A DNA stretch of 64,000 bases from Gammaproteobacteria bacterium (GCA_965238225.1 OZ250183.1:1280001-1344000), one strand, 5' to 3'; positions 1-10,824 are shown, counted from the stretch's first letter. A program made the numbers and translations. Notes: generated from the letters alone by a model not told the origin.

Positions 1-1265
1 TCGTAGGACTTTATTTAACCTTCGGCCTGAAAGCAATGCCCTGGAAGCTGATTCCTCGGGCATTTTTAATGCTTTGGCGAGATCGTAAGCCTGATGATGC
101 CAATAAGGGCGATATATCCCCATTTCAAGCCCTGATGACCGCATTGGCCGCCACCATCGGCACAGGCAATATCGCAGGGGTTGCAACTGCCATTTATCTT
201 GGCGGGCCTGGCGCCATCTTCTGGATGTGGGTCATTGCCCTTTTTGGTATGGCAACAAAATATGCTGAAGCTGTTTTGGCAGTAAAATATAGAGAGGTGG
301 ATGCACTGGGAAATTATGTCGGCGGTCCTATGCATTACATCAAAAATGGCCTGAGCAAAAACTGGGCATGGCTAGGCACAGCCTTTGCCTTATTTGGCAT
401 GGTTGCCGCTTTTGGCATTGGCAATATGGTGCAATCTAATACTGTGGCCAGTGAGTTGTTGAATTCATTGCAGATACCCCAGTGGGTAACGGGCACCGTC
501 ATCGCAACACTTACAGGTACTGTCATTTTAGGGGGTATTAAACGCATCGCTAATGTTACTGAAAAACTCATACCCTTCATGGCCAGTGCGTACATTATTG
601 GCGCGCTTATTATCATATTCTTGAATATTTCTGAAGTACCTGCAGCATTAATGTTGATCGTTAAAGATGCCTTCACAGGCACTGCTGCTGAGGGCGGTTT
701 TTTAGGTGCTACTGTTTTGATGGCTATCCGCTGGGGCTTTGCGCGCGGCATATTCTCGAATGAAGCGGGTCTTGGTAGCGCTGCTATTGTTCATGCCGCT
801 GCCAAAACAAACAACCCTGTTCGTCAAGGCATGATTGCCATGTTGGGCACCTTTATTGATACCATCATCATCTGCTCAATGACTGCGCTCGTAATCATAT
901 TGACAGGTGCGTGGGATAGCGGTGCGAATGGTGCGCCTATGTCATCTCTGGCCTTTAATACTGGTTTTGCGGGCGGGGGTTATATCGTTACATTTGGATT
1001 GATTGTCTTTGCCTTTAGTACAATCCTCGGCTGGAGCTATTACGGTGAACGCTGCGCAAGCTACCTTTTCGGTATCAAAATAATTTTGCCCTATCGTATA
1101 TTATGGGTACTTTCTATACTGATTGGTGCGTCGATGAAGTTAGACTTGGTGTGGATATTGGCTGATATTCTAAACGGACTAATGGCAATCCCAAATTTGA
1201 TTGCGTTACTCTTATTGAGTCCAGTTGTTTTTTCAATAAGCCGCGAATATTTTTCTAAAAAATAA
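1..1265 (+). CDS. Na+/alanine-glycine symporter (AgcS family), 5' end outside the window
   Basis: Motifs ALAATIGTGNIAGVA, GGPGAIFWMW, GGPMHYI and RGIFSNEAGLGSA. The frame is open back to the window edge (VGLYLTFGLKA precedes the Met at 36). Confidence 0.93.
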   Translation, partial: VGLYLTFGLKAMPWKLIPRAFLMLWRDRKPDDANKGDISPFQALMTALAATIGTGNIAGVATAIYLGGPGAIFWMWVIALFGMATKYAEAVLAVKYREVDALGNYVGGPMHYIKNGLSKNWAWLGTAFALFGMVAAFGIGNMVQSNTVASELLNSLQIPQWVTGTVIATLTGTVILGGIKRIANVTEKLIPFMASAYIIGALIIIFLNISEVPAALMLIVKDAFTGTAAEGGFLGATVLMAIRWGFARGIFSNEAGLGSAAIVHAAAKTNNPVRQGMIAMLGTFIDTIIICSMTALVIILTGAWDSGANGAPMSSLAFNTGFAGGGYIVTFGLIVFAFSTILGWSYYGERCASYLFGIKIILPYRILWVLSILIGASMKLDLVWILADILNGLMAIPNLIALLLLSPVVFSISREYFSKK

Positions 1266-1317
1266 TTAAACTTGAAAGACAAATCCAAAGAAAATTAACC
1301 CAAGGAAAAAGTAACAA

Positions 1318-2163
1318 ATGCATTTATTAAAAAATGTTGATGCGCTTGCCTATCAGGCACTGCGTGAAGATTTGGGTGATGGTGATCTTACAGCAAGTTT
1401 ATTGCCAGAAGATGCGCAAGTAAAGGCGTGCTTAGTCACTCGTGAAGATGCAGTATTTTGCGGTACCTGTTGGTTTAACAGTGTATTCAAACAACTAGAT
1501 AAAAATATTAATATTAAATGGCATGTTAAAGATGGTGATGACATTGTTGCCAATCAGGAGTTATGTATCTTGAAAGGATCAGCACGTACCATTTTAACTG
1601 GTGAACGTACAGCAATGAATTTTATCCAGACCTTATCTGGTACGGCAACAAGCACTCGCGAATATGTGAAGATTCTAGAAGGCACTATGACAAAATTACT
1701 GGATACGCGTAAAACCATTCCGGGATTGAGAGAAGCACAAAAATATGCGGTGCGTAGTGGTGGTGGTTATAACCACCGGTTTGGTCTGTTTGACGGTATT
1801 CTACTCAAGGAGAACCATATCATCGCAGTAGGTACTATTAAAAAAGCAATAGATATTGCAAAAAGACGTTATCCGGACACATCTATCGAGATTGAAGTTG
1901 AAACACAAGATGAATTAAAAGAAGCGATAAACGCCGGGGCAGATATCATCATGCTGGATAATTTTTCTCTAGAAAATATACGAGAGGCTGTCGCCATTGC
2001 TAATAACCGTGTACGGCTGGAAGCGTCAGGCAGCTTTGATATGGAGCGCCTACGCGAAACAGCAGAAACTGGAGTTGATTACATTTCCGTCGGCGCACTG
2101 ACCAAACATGTTCAAGCGCTAGATATATCAATGCGTTTTTTTGAACAAAACTACAAAAATTAA
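1318..2163 (+). CDS. nadC: Nicotinate-nucleotide diphosphorylase (carboxylating)
   Basis: LTGERTAMN, LDTRKTIPGLR, NHRFGL, LLKENH, IMLDNF and GVDYISVGALT motifs. Confidence 0.97.
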   Translation: MHLLKNVDALAYQALREDLGDGDLTASLLPEDAQVKACLVTREDAVFCGTCWFNSVFKQLDKNINIKWHVKDGDDIVANQELCILKGSARTILTGERTAMNFIQTLSGTATSTREYVKILEGTMTKLLDTRKTIPGLREAQKYAVRSGGGYNHRFGLFDGILLKENHIIAVGTIKKAIDIAKRRYPDTSIEIEVETQDELKEAINAGADIIMLDNFSLENIREAVAIANNRVRLEASGSFDMERLRETAETGVDYISVGALTKHVQALDISMRFFEQNYKN

Positions 2164-2300
2164 CGAGTGGCACTCTTATGAAATTGAAATACTAGAAACA
2201 GACTTAAGGATATAGTTTCGAAGGCATAGCTTTATTAGTATCCTCTCAAATTGATTACAAAATATCAAGTCTTTAAAAATAGAATTATCTTACAATAAGT

Positions 2301-2870
2301 ATGCATGATAAAATCTTGGAAATTTTAAATTTTTGGTTTTTAAAGAGTCTTTATCTGAAGAATTATTTAGACAAAAAAATTCATTTAATCAAAAAATAAG
2401 AGTATAGATTTTTTAACGCTTATGAAGCGGAAATTGCTAACGAGTATGACGATTGGCAATATAGCTCCAAGTTTTGTTTAGCTTTGATAATTTTATTAGA
2501 TCAGTTTTTACGTAATTTATTTAGAAATAACAAAAGAGCTTTTGAACAATATAAAAAATGCAGACTGATTGTTTATAAAGTTATTGATAGAGGAAGCATG
2601 TAAAGAATATATCTAAATGGAAAATTATTTTTTTATTGCCTTTTTTCACAGTGAAGAAATTTGCTATCATACCTTATGATCATCATTTGAGAGAAATTCA
2701 TTTAAATAATCATACAGAAATATATTCAATAAAAAGATTATGAGATGACCATGCAAATATAATTAAACGATTTATAAAGATACCCGCATCGTAATAGAGA
2801 ATTAGGGAGACATACCACTGCAGAAGAAAGATTATTTTTAGAACAAACCAATTTTTTTGGTAAAATTTAA
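2301..2870 (+). pseudogene. DUF924-family pseudogene
   Basis: Manual translation across stops and frameshifts gives EILNFWF, CLALIILLDQFLRNLFRNNKRAF, LPFFHSEE and RYPHRNRELGRHTTAEERLFL, the DUF924 motifs in the expected order. Confidence 0.85.
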
Positions 2871-3087
2871 TGTTAGTATGGGTTTCAATTTTTTATAAGA
2901 TATGTCTTAATATAAGACTCAGTGATTATTTATCCCCTCCATAGGGAATCAACAATAGAATCAACAAGAAAATCAACATAAAAGATAAGCACTATGAAAA
3001 AGCTGTTTTGTCTGATTAGATACCGATATACGCCCTGATAGTTTTGAGACAGCCGTCGCCTACAACAGCCAATACTATAATAAATTC

Positions 3088-4251
3088 ATGTTTGCCTCAA
3101 AAATAAATTCGCCCAAAATAAATATACATGAAAATTCATTGATATTTTCTCTTTTCTGTATTTTGGCACTACTACAGTGCCCTAATACTTGGGCAGCGAT
3201 CTATAAAGACGGCGAGCAGGCCTATCTAAACAAAGATTACGCAAAGGCTCTTAAGATTCTTAAACCATTGGCTAAAAATGGAAATTCTCAGGCACAAGTC
3301 ACTTTGGGGATTATGTATGATTTTGGTCACGGTGTTCCTAAGGATTCAAGTAAAGCAATCAAGTGGTATATTAAAGCTGCTGAGCAAGGTATTCCTGCTG
3401 TGCAGCATGATGTTGGTGTTAAATACTTTCAAGGTCAGGATGTTCCGCAAAATTACCTGAAAGCAGCATATTGGTGGGAACAATCAGCTAATGCTGGCTT
3501 GGCTGATTCCCAATTTAACCTAGGTCTACTGTATTATCGTGGTATCGGCTTGGAGGTAGACTACCAAAAGGCCTCTACTCTATTTACTTCTGCCGCCAAA
3601 CAAGAACACCAACATGCACAATACAGCCTAGCTATAATGTACGCATTTGGTCAGGGTCTGGATAAAGATTATGAACAAGCTCTGAAATGGTTTAGAAAAT
3701 CAGCAGCGCATAATGTTACTCAAGCGCAATTTAATCTGGGTGTATTTTATGAAAATGGATACGGCCTTAAGAAAGACATGGTCGTCGCCAAAAAATGGTA
3801 TACGCTCGCTGCTAATGATGGACTGGCTGAAGCGAAGTTAAGACTTGCCGCACTTGAGCAGGTCGATCAAGAAACTATCCAGCATCCTGAAACCTCTAAA
3901 CTTGCAGATAGTCAATCTAATGAGACAATGAGCAGAGCACTAGGAGAACATAGTATAAAAAGGGAAGACTGGGTCAAACAACAACCGAGCAAGTCATATA
4001 CACTACAACTCTCAAGCTTGCTCAAAGAAAGAGACATCATTCGCTTTATCCAAAAAAATAAATTAGTGGAAAATGCTGCATATATTGAGGTCGTTATTAA
4101 AGGCAAAACCCGTTACAACGCACTATACGGGCATTATCCAAGCTATGAGCAGGCAAAGAATGCAATCGCATCTCTTCCTGCAAGTGTCAGAAAAAATAAA
4201 CCCTGGGTAAGAAAATTTGGTATCCTGCAAGAATTAATCGGTACAAGATAA
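3088..4251 (+). CDS. Sel1-like repeat protein with C-terminal SPOR domain
   Basis: Signal-peptide-like N-terminus, repeated AQxxLGxxYxxGxGVxxDxxxAxxW units, and a C-terminal YTLQL...YGHYPSYEQAKNAIASLP...PWVR (DamX-like SPOR). Confidence 0.88.
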   Translation: MFASKINSPKINIHENSLIFSLFCILALLQCPNTWAAIYKDGEQAYLNKDYAKALKILKPLAKNGNSQAQVTLGIMYDFGHGVPKDSSKAIKWYIKAAEQGIPAVQHDVGVKYFQGQDVPQNYLKAAYWWEQSANAGLADSQFNLGLLYYRGIGLEVDYQKASTLFTSAAKQEHQHAQYSLAIMYAFGQGLDKDYEQALKWFRKSAAHNVTQAQFNLGVFYENGYGLKKDMVVAKKWYTLAANDGLAEAKLRLAALEQVDQETIQHPETSKLADSQSNETMSRALGEHSIKREDWVKQQPSKSYTLQLSSLLKERDIIRFIQKNKLVENAAYIEVVIKGKTRYNALYGHYPSYEQAKNAIASLPASVRKNKPWVRKFGILQELIGTR

Positions 4252-4355
4252 GAAGCGCACTTAGAATATAACAGCACCAATCTGCGTCAATCAGTATTTA
4301 AAATATATCGCTTCCGTGCAAAATAAGTTCTACGTCTAATTCACATCTATAGAAA

Positions 4356-4420
4356 AATATTCTGGGAAATAATATTCTGGGAAATATTTAGGAAATATTC
4401 TGAATAATACTCTGGGAAAT
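4356..4420. repeat. Degenerate tandem repeat, unit AATATTCTGGGAAAT
   Basis: Two exact 15-bp copies (4356-4385), then partial copies, then a one-mismatch copy at 4406-4420. Confidence 0.8.
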
Positions 4421-4845
4421 TATGAAATCTAAAATAGAAAATATCGTAAATTAACTTATAATTAAGAAATATCAAGAAAAACACTAAGGGAAACATGCAA
4501 AGCTAATAGAACCGCATACGATCATAGCCGTGTTGACGCTCTATTTGCGAAGAAAAACTGAATAATATCAGATGCTGTCTAATCCTTGCTGTGGATATTC
4601 TTTAAAAAACTGTTTTACTCAACATTATTTTAACTTAAGCAAATATGTAATATTAAGGGAAAATATAAATTTTTTTAAATAAAAACATAAGTTCTAAAGC
4701 TTGCAGAATCTTAATTTAGAAAAGTAAGATACGGTGTGCTGAGATATAGTATAGTAAGAAAAATAAAAAATAGACACTGCATAATTTCCTCACGATAGAT
4801 CATGAACACAATGCTAGAAAATAATTCTAATAGAATGGCAAACCA

Positions 4846-5559
4846 ATGATAAGTTTCACAGAATTACTCACAGCCAGTGACGCAGAACTCGTCAAAATAT
4901 TTTATAAAGTTAACTATGATCCATCAATAGGTTTTGTAAAAAATATAAACAATATCGCCAAGCAATTGCATCTCAATCACTCTCAGCTTGTTTCCGCGAT
5001 TGGCTTTAATGAAAATATACGTGATCTAACTGACATTATTACGGTGCTCGGCTTCAAATCATATAAGGTCATGGTTTATCGCCGTAATGAGTTATTTGTA
5101 ACAGACACGTACCAGCAGCTCGGTATAGATAATATCCTAGATATCTATTCAGAACGACTAGAAAATAAAGAAATTCTTGAAACATTGAGAGAATTAATTC
5201 ACACACGACTGCAACACATCGAAACCGATATTGAAAAGACCAGCGGCTCCGATCATGCAATAAGCTATAAAATGGAAATACATTCGATATATCAATCCGG
5301 GATCGCAGATGAATCTTTTTCAAAAGAAAGAATAATAAAAGATATTGGAGAGTATCGTTCTATATCAGGTGAGCTCACTGAAATGATTAACGCCGGAATA
5401 TTCCCGGCCAGCAACTTTTTTTTCATGGAGACTATTTCGCCTAATGAAAAGAAAGAATTGATTGAGCAAAATCATATTTCATCGGATATGATAAAAAATC
5501 GTCTACAAAACACAAAAATATCTAAAGATGAAAGAGATATGCTGGAAGAATTTATATAG
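4846..5559 (+). CDS. Hypothetical cytoplasmic protein (237 aa)
   Basis: Intact ORF with protein-like composition and no TM segment or recognised motif. It ends 8 bp before the TonB receptor. Confidence 0.75.
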   Translation: MISFTELLTASDAELVKIFYKVNYDPSIGFVKNINNIAKQLHLNHSQLVSAIGFNENIRDLTDIITVLGFKSYKVMVYRRNELFVTDTYQQLGIDNILDIYSERLENKEILETLRELIHTRLQHIETDIEKTSGSDHAISYKMEIHSIYQSGIADESFSKERIIKDIGEYRSISGELTEMINAGIFPASNFFFMETISPNEKKELIEQNHISSDMIKNRLQNTKISKDERDMLEEFI

Positions 5560-5567
5560 GGATTTTA

Positions 5568-7934
5568 ATGAAAAACTATCATCTGCGTCAGATTTTTTCA
5601 TTTGGCACAGTCATGTTTACTATTTTTAATAGTCTTCATGTCTTCGCAGAAAAAGTTGGTGTCGTTCAAAACGAAACTATTCAAGTAATAGGCATCACAC
5701 CATTACATGGTACTGGTCTTCCGGCAAACATGATCCCTTTTTCTATTCAATCAGCAACAGCTAAAGATATCGAAGAAAATCAAGGTCTTGATCTCAGTCA
5801 ATTTCTTAATCGCAACCTTCAAAGCGTGACCATTAACGAGGCGCAAAATAATCCATTACAGCCAGATATTCAATATCGCGGTTTTACATCTTCACCCTTA
5901 CTCGGACTTCCGCAGGGCATTGCTGTCTATCAAAACGGTGTTCGTGTAAATGAGGTCTTTGGAGATACAATTAACTGGGATTTGATTCCAAAATCTTCAA
6001 TCGCGAGTATTAACTTAATAGGTGGCGCAAACCCTATATTTGGTCTAAACACTTTAGGTGGTGCAATCTCTATCACAACTAAAAATGGTTTCACTCATGA
6101 AGGTCATAACCTAGAAGTATACGGCGGTTCTTTTGAACGTGTTATAACGACATTTGAAAGCGGTGGAAATGATGGGGCTTGGGGTTATTTCCTCACCAGC
6201 AGTTATTTTGATGAGCAAGGTTGGCGTGATGCTTCGCCGTCTAATGCGTTTAGCCTGTTTGGCGCAATTAGCTGGCAGGGGAAAGACAGTGCGCTGGATT
6301 TTTCTTTTAATCATGGTGATACTAAATTGATTGGCAATGGCTCTATTCCCGTTGAGTTAGAGGCAATAGACAGAAGCATGATCTTCACTTCTCCTGATAT
6401 CACAGAAAATAATCTTTTCTTAGTCAATCTTGAAGGCGCGCATTGGCTTAATGATGAATTGCAACTGCTTGGCAATATTTTTTACCGTAGCAATAACGCC
6501 AACTCTTTCAATGGTGATGGCACAGAATTTGAGCCCTGCGATGATGGCTTTCTTCATGAGTGGGATATAGATGACGATGCCAATCTCAACGGGAAGTGCG
6601 ATGCTTTAGAAGGGGAAATTGCTATCGATCAAAATGGCAACCCCATCCCCAATACTATTGCAGGTGCACAGTTAGACGCTATTAATAATATCAGTGCTCG
6701 TGAACAGGAAAGCTTTGGTGTCAATATCCAATTAACCTTTCTTAATGATTTGTTCTACCGCCAGAATACTTTGATTGTGGGAACCTCTTACAATCAAGGA
6801 TTAGCAGATTTTTGGGCGATTGTTGAAGCCGCGTCCTTAAATGCAGACAGAAGCACCTCAATGACAAATTTGTTTGCTGTGGAAGATGGCACGCAAATTA
6901 AAACACATATCCGAACATGGTCAATCTACCTATCAGATATTTTTTCTATCACGGATAAACTAGTCTTAACATTGTCTGGGCGTTACAACAACACCCGCGT
7001 CACAATAGGTGATCGCAGCACTCTAAATCCATTAGTTGACCCTGACGACCCTGCTGCTTTAAATGGTGAACATGATTATAGACGCTTCAATCCAGCCATA
7101 GGATTAAACTGGTCATTACATCCAGATATTGTTGCCTATGGTAGTTATAGCGAATCTGCCCGTGCACCTACTACAGTCGAACTGTCATGTGCCGATCCTT
7201 CTGCACCCTGCAATCTACCGAATGCCTTTCTTGCTGACCCGCCACTGAATCAAGTTGTAACCAAGAGTTTTGAAGGTGGTTTTCGAGGAGTATTAAACTC
7301 CAATGTGAAATGGAATTTAGGCGCATTTCATAGTGTCAATCATGATGATATTATTTTTATCAGTACTGGCGGCATAAGCTCTAACGAAGGCTTTTTCGAC
7401 AACATCGGCGACACCAAAAGAGTTGGCTTAGAGCTTGGTTTTTCAGGGACTGCAGGGAAGCTAGATTGGTTTACAAATTACAGTTTTGTCAAAGCAAGCT
7501 TCGATAATAACTTTGCATCAAGCAGCCCAAATCACTCCTTAGCAGATAGCAACGGAGATATTAGCATTCAAAAAGGAGATAGAATACCCGGGTTACCGCA
7601 ACATAATTTAAAGATCGGAAGTAACTATCATATCACCCAAAAGTTTAGTATTGGCTCAGATTTAATCTATAATTCAGACCAGTACTTCCGTGGAGATGAG
7701 GCGAATCTGCTAGATACTATTGATGGTTATGTTGTCGTTAATGCGAGGGCTTCGTATAAATTTAATAAAAATATTTCAATCTTCGCAAATATAAATAATT
7801 TATTGGATTCTGAATACGAAACCTTTGGCTTACTGGGGGAACCAGATAAAATCTTTTCTGAATTCGACAACCCACGATTTGTTAGTATCAGTGCACCAAT
7901 ATCCGGATTTATTGGCATAAAAATAGAGCTTTAG
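5568..7934 (+). CDS. TonB-dependent outer-membrane receptor
   Basis: Signal peptide, TonB-box-like ETIQVIG, plug motifs YRGF...VYQNGVR and FGLNTLGGAISITTK, and a C-terminal FANINNLLDSEY barrel motif. Confidence 0.93.
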   Translation: MKNYHLRQIFSFGTVMFTIFNSLHVFAEKVGVVQNETIQVIGITPLHGTGLPANMIPFSIQSATAKDIEENQGLDLSQFLNRNLQSVTINEAQNNPLQPDIQYRGFTSSPLLGLPQGIAVYQNGVRVNEVFGDTINWDLIPKSSIASINLIGGANPIFGLNTLGGAISITTKNGFTHEGHNLEVYGGSFERVITTFESGGNDGAWGYFLTSSYFDEQGWRDASPSNAFSLFGAISWQGKDSALDFSFNHGDTKLIGNGSIPVELEAIDRSMIFTSPDITENNLFLVNLEGAHWLNDELQLLGNIFYRSNNANSFNGDGTEFEPCDDGFLHEWDIDDDANLNGKCDALEGEIAIDQNGNPIPNTIAGAQLDAINNISAREQESFGVNIQLTFLNDLFYRQNTLIVGTSYNQGLADFWAIVEAASLNADRSTSMTNLFAVEDGTQIKTHIRTWSIYLSDIFSITDKLVLTLSGRYNNTRVTIGDRSTLNPLVDPDDPAALNGEHDYRRFNPAIGLNWSLHPDIVAYGSYSESARAPTTVELSCADPSAPCNLPNAFLADPPLNQVVTKSFEGGFRGVLNSNVKWNLGAFHSVNHDDIIFISTGGISSNEGFFDNIGDTKRVGLELGFSGTAGKLDWFTNYSFVKASFDNNFASSSPNHSLADSNGDISIQKGDRIPGLPQHNLKIGSNYHITQKFSIGSDLIYNSDQYFRGDEANLLDTIDGYVVVNARASYKFNKNISIFANINNLLDSEYETFGLLGEPDKIFSEFDNPRFVSISAPISGFIGIKIEL

Positions 7935-8090
7935 AATAAGCCACTTCTTGTTATGCGCCTAATGGCTACGAATATCCGTAAACACCTGTAGCCTAATACA
8001 ACAAAAAGCAATATTTGACCTGCCATTGGGCTGCAACGCGCTGATTTTTACACATGTAATAGATGTATATCTTGCTTGAGATGCCGTTAC

Positions 8091-8341
8091 TTTAACTCAA
8101 AACATAAGGAATATAGCCATCATTACTCACGTTTGTCATGGAAAAACCGCTTTGATTGACAAACTATATTACAATAAGCGAGCACACTTGACAGTCGTGC
8201 TCCCGACAGAACGCATTATGGATTACGATGATATTTGAATTTATTGATAATGATGAACTGGTAGAAGTGACACCATTTAATATTCGTATTTGCAAGAAAA
8301 AGCTACTAGAACATGAACGTAGCGCACATAACAAAGAATAA
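8091..8341 (+). pseudogene. typA: typA/bipA remnant: N-terminus fused to C-terminus by internal deletion
   Basis: NIRNIAIITHVCHGKTALIDKL...ERIMDYDD (G1 region) is directly followed by EFIDNDELVEVTPFNIRICKKKLLEHER (TypA C-terminal signature). Confidence 0.9.
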
Positions 8342-8359
8342 AATTGAGCTTGTCTGGTT

Positions 8360-9118
8360 TTATTGATTAAGGCGGCGCTGTCGCCAAGCTTCGTACAAAC
8401 ATATCCCTGCGGCAACAGAAACATTTAGACTCTCAACAACGCCAGCCATGGGTATATTCACCAGCTTGTCACAATATTTATGAGTATTTTGTCTAAGTCC
8501 GCGCGCCTCTGAACCCATAACCAAAGCAATGGGTAATGTTAAATCTTCTTCATAGATAGTATGTTGAGCGGAAACAGCAGTACCTATCACCCATATACCT
8601 GATTCCTGCATTGCCTTTAAAGCACGCGACAAATTAGCAACATGAATGACAGGAGTATTTTCTGCGCCACCACATGCAACTTTTCGCACTGTTTCATTGA
8701 GACCAACTGCACGATCTTTAGGAATGATAACAGCACGTGCACGCATCGCATCAGCGGTACGCAGACAAGCTCCTAAGTTATGCGGATCCTGTATACCATC
8801 AAGCACTAAAAAAAGTGTTGCTTCTTCACTATTCATTGCTAATACAGATTCTAAATCTATCCTGCTATCTATAGACACAAACCTACGTCTTATAACCACC
8901 CCTTGATGATTTGCCTGATGACTTAATTTATCTAGTGTTTTTTTTGTCATAAACTGAACGGTCACTTGCGCATTTTTCGCAAGCTCCAAAAGCTCTGACA
9001 TACCTTTGGATGGTTTTTTATTTTCCAACGCCCACATCTCCAACACATTGGCTGAAGTATTTTTTAGCGCATGTCGAACGGCATGTATGCCATAGGTAAT
9101 TTCTGATTGTTTACTCAC
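8360..9118 (-). CDS. rlmB: 23S rRNA (Gm2251) 2'-O-methyltransferase
   Basis: YGIHAV, NHQGV, LDGIQDPHNLGACLRTA, MGSEARG and ESLNVSVA. Probable GTG start at 9118. Confidence 0.95.
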   Translation of the reverse strand: MSKQSEITYGIHAVRHALKNTSANVLEMWALENKKPSKGMSELLELAKNAQVTVQFMTKKTLDKLSHQANHQGVVIRRRFVSIDSRIDLESVLAMNSEEATLFLVLDGIQDPHNLGACLRTADAMRARAVIIPKDRAVGLNETVRKVACGGAENTPVIHVANLSRALKAMQESGIWVIGTAVSAQHTIYEEDLTLPIALVMGSEARGLRQNTHKYCDKLVNIPMAGVVESLNVSVAAGICLYEAWRQRRLNQ

Positions 9119-9501
9119 TTCTGCATGAGTCCTCAAGATTATTAAAATTGCATTGCCCAGCATAACAACACATCTTCAAAAATACACATTTACCTTAATA
9201 TTTTCCATATTTATCTTTAATAAAAAATATTTCTGGATTTAGATTTTTTTATAAAAAAGTCATGTCGCCAAGATAAAAAAATAATACAAATTTAATAATT
9301 ATTTTTTATCTTATTTAGAATAGAATACAATAATTTATAATTTTTTTATTGCGTTTTCATATAATTTTATAACATCGATAATGAGAATGAATAAGATAAA
9401 TCTATTATCATGAATAATATAATAAAAAAATACTTAATTGATTAGGTTAATTATTATGACGTACCTCAATAATCTACAACTATATAAATAAAAAAATTAT
9501 T

Positions 9502-10741
9502 ATGACTAGAAAGATCGCCAGAAACGATAATATAATTACCGTAGAAAGTAATTTAGATGACTTTCACCAATTGCTTGCTAAGGTTTATGATGCTATTGAA
9601 AGACGTGATTATCAAGATCTCCTGTTGGATGTGAAAAATTGCGTATCTGCCTTTTAAAATTCCATGCTCTCATTATGCGCCAAAGTAATGGCATACCGAA
9701 AAGGCGGCATTAATTTTTCTTTAAAACCGCCTAAAGAAAAGAGATTAGCGAGTCTATTCCGCAATACGAATTGGGGATATTTTTTAGATCCACACCAATA
9801 TGATAAATCTGATTTTCGTGGTCACAGGAAAATTTCAGCTACTCAGTATCAAACACCAGAACAACAACAAAGTACAGTTAATAAAATTGTTAATGTAATA
9901 TTAGGCACTATTCCAGACATGCAGCGTGAAGATTTTTCTGCGTTCGAATGGTCTATTAATGAAATTACTGATAATGTTTTAGTGCATACTCAATCAAATA
10001 TCGGCGGACTTGTCCAAGCCTCAACTTTACAGAAAACCCAGAAACGGGTCGAATTTGTTGTTGCAGATGCAGGAGCAGGAATACCTCAAACACTTAAAAA
10101 CAGCCATCCGGAAATTAATTCTGATGCAGATGCATTAGACCAAGCTATTAGAGAGGGCGTCACAAGAGATAAATCACTCGGTCAAGGTAATGGTTTATAT
10201 GGCAGCTATACAATGATGTAGCAATTGCAACGGATATTTCAGTGTGGACTCTGGGCATGCTCATTTAAGATATGTAAAGAATAAAGATCTTTCTATATCT
10301 AATAAAAGTATTCCATACAGTGGCACATTAATTATTGCCACTATCGATTTCTCTCAGCCACATTTATTGGCAAATGCTCTTAAATTTAAAGGCAAAAAAC
10401 ATACGCCTACCGATTTTGTTGAGACAGCTTATGAAACAAATGAAGATAGATAGATAATTTTTAGTCTCTTGAAAGAATCCGGATCATTTGGCAGTCGAGT
10501 TGCAGGCAAGCCTATAAGGACAAAACTATATAATTTACTTCATATGCAACATCGAGATAAGATTTATATTGATTTATCTGACATACCAATTATGTCAAGC
10601 AGTTTCGCCGATGAGGTATTTGGCAAACTTTTTCTGGAAGCTGGTGCCATTGAATTTATGCAAAAATTTGAATTTGTTAATATGACAGAAACTGTTAAAC
10701 AAATAATTGATAAGGCAGTATCTCAGCGTATGTCGGGCTGA
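9502..10741 (+). pseudogene. HATPase-like + STAS-like (DUF4325) protein, disrupted
   Basis: One gene from the ATG at 9502 with an in-frame TAA (~9655), a frameshift (~10210) and an in-frame TAG (10451). Motifs EITDNVLVH, VADAGAGI, GQGNGLYG and C-terminal SSSFADEVFGKL. Confidence 0.85.
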
Positions 10742-10824
10742 CGTGTTAGATTAGTATCATTTAATATAATGCGCCTGAGTTTTATTTTTTGCTGCGGTTT
10801 GTATGAAATTTTGCTCGCCCACAG

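Noticed and set aside
4356-4420. CRISPR array
   Set aside because: Units are 15 bp or shorter, directly abutting and degenerate, with no unique spacers and no cas genes.
8164-8424. 86-aa minus-strand ORF as a gene
   Set aside because: It is the antisense shadow of the typA remnant and overlaps rlmB.
9502-10741. Stop-codon reassignment or readthrough explaining in-frame stops
   Set aside because: The interrupting stops across pseudogenes are a mix of TAA, TAG and TGA and come with frameshifts. Intact genes terminate with all three codons.
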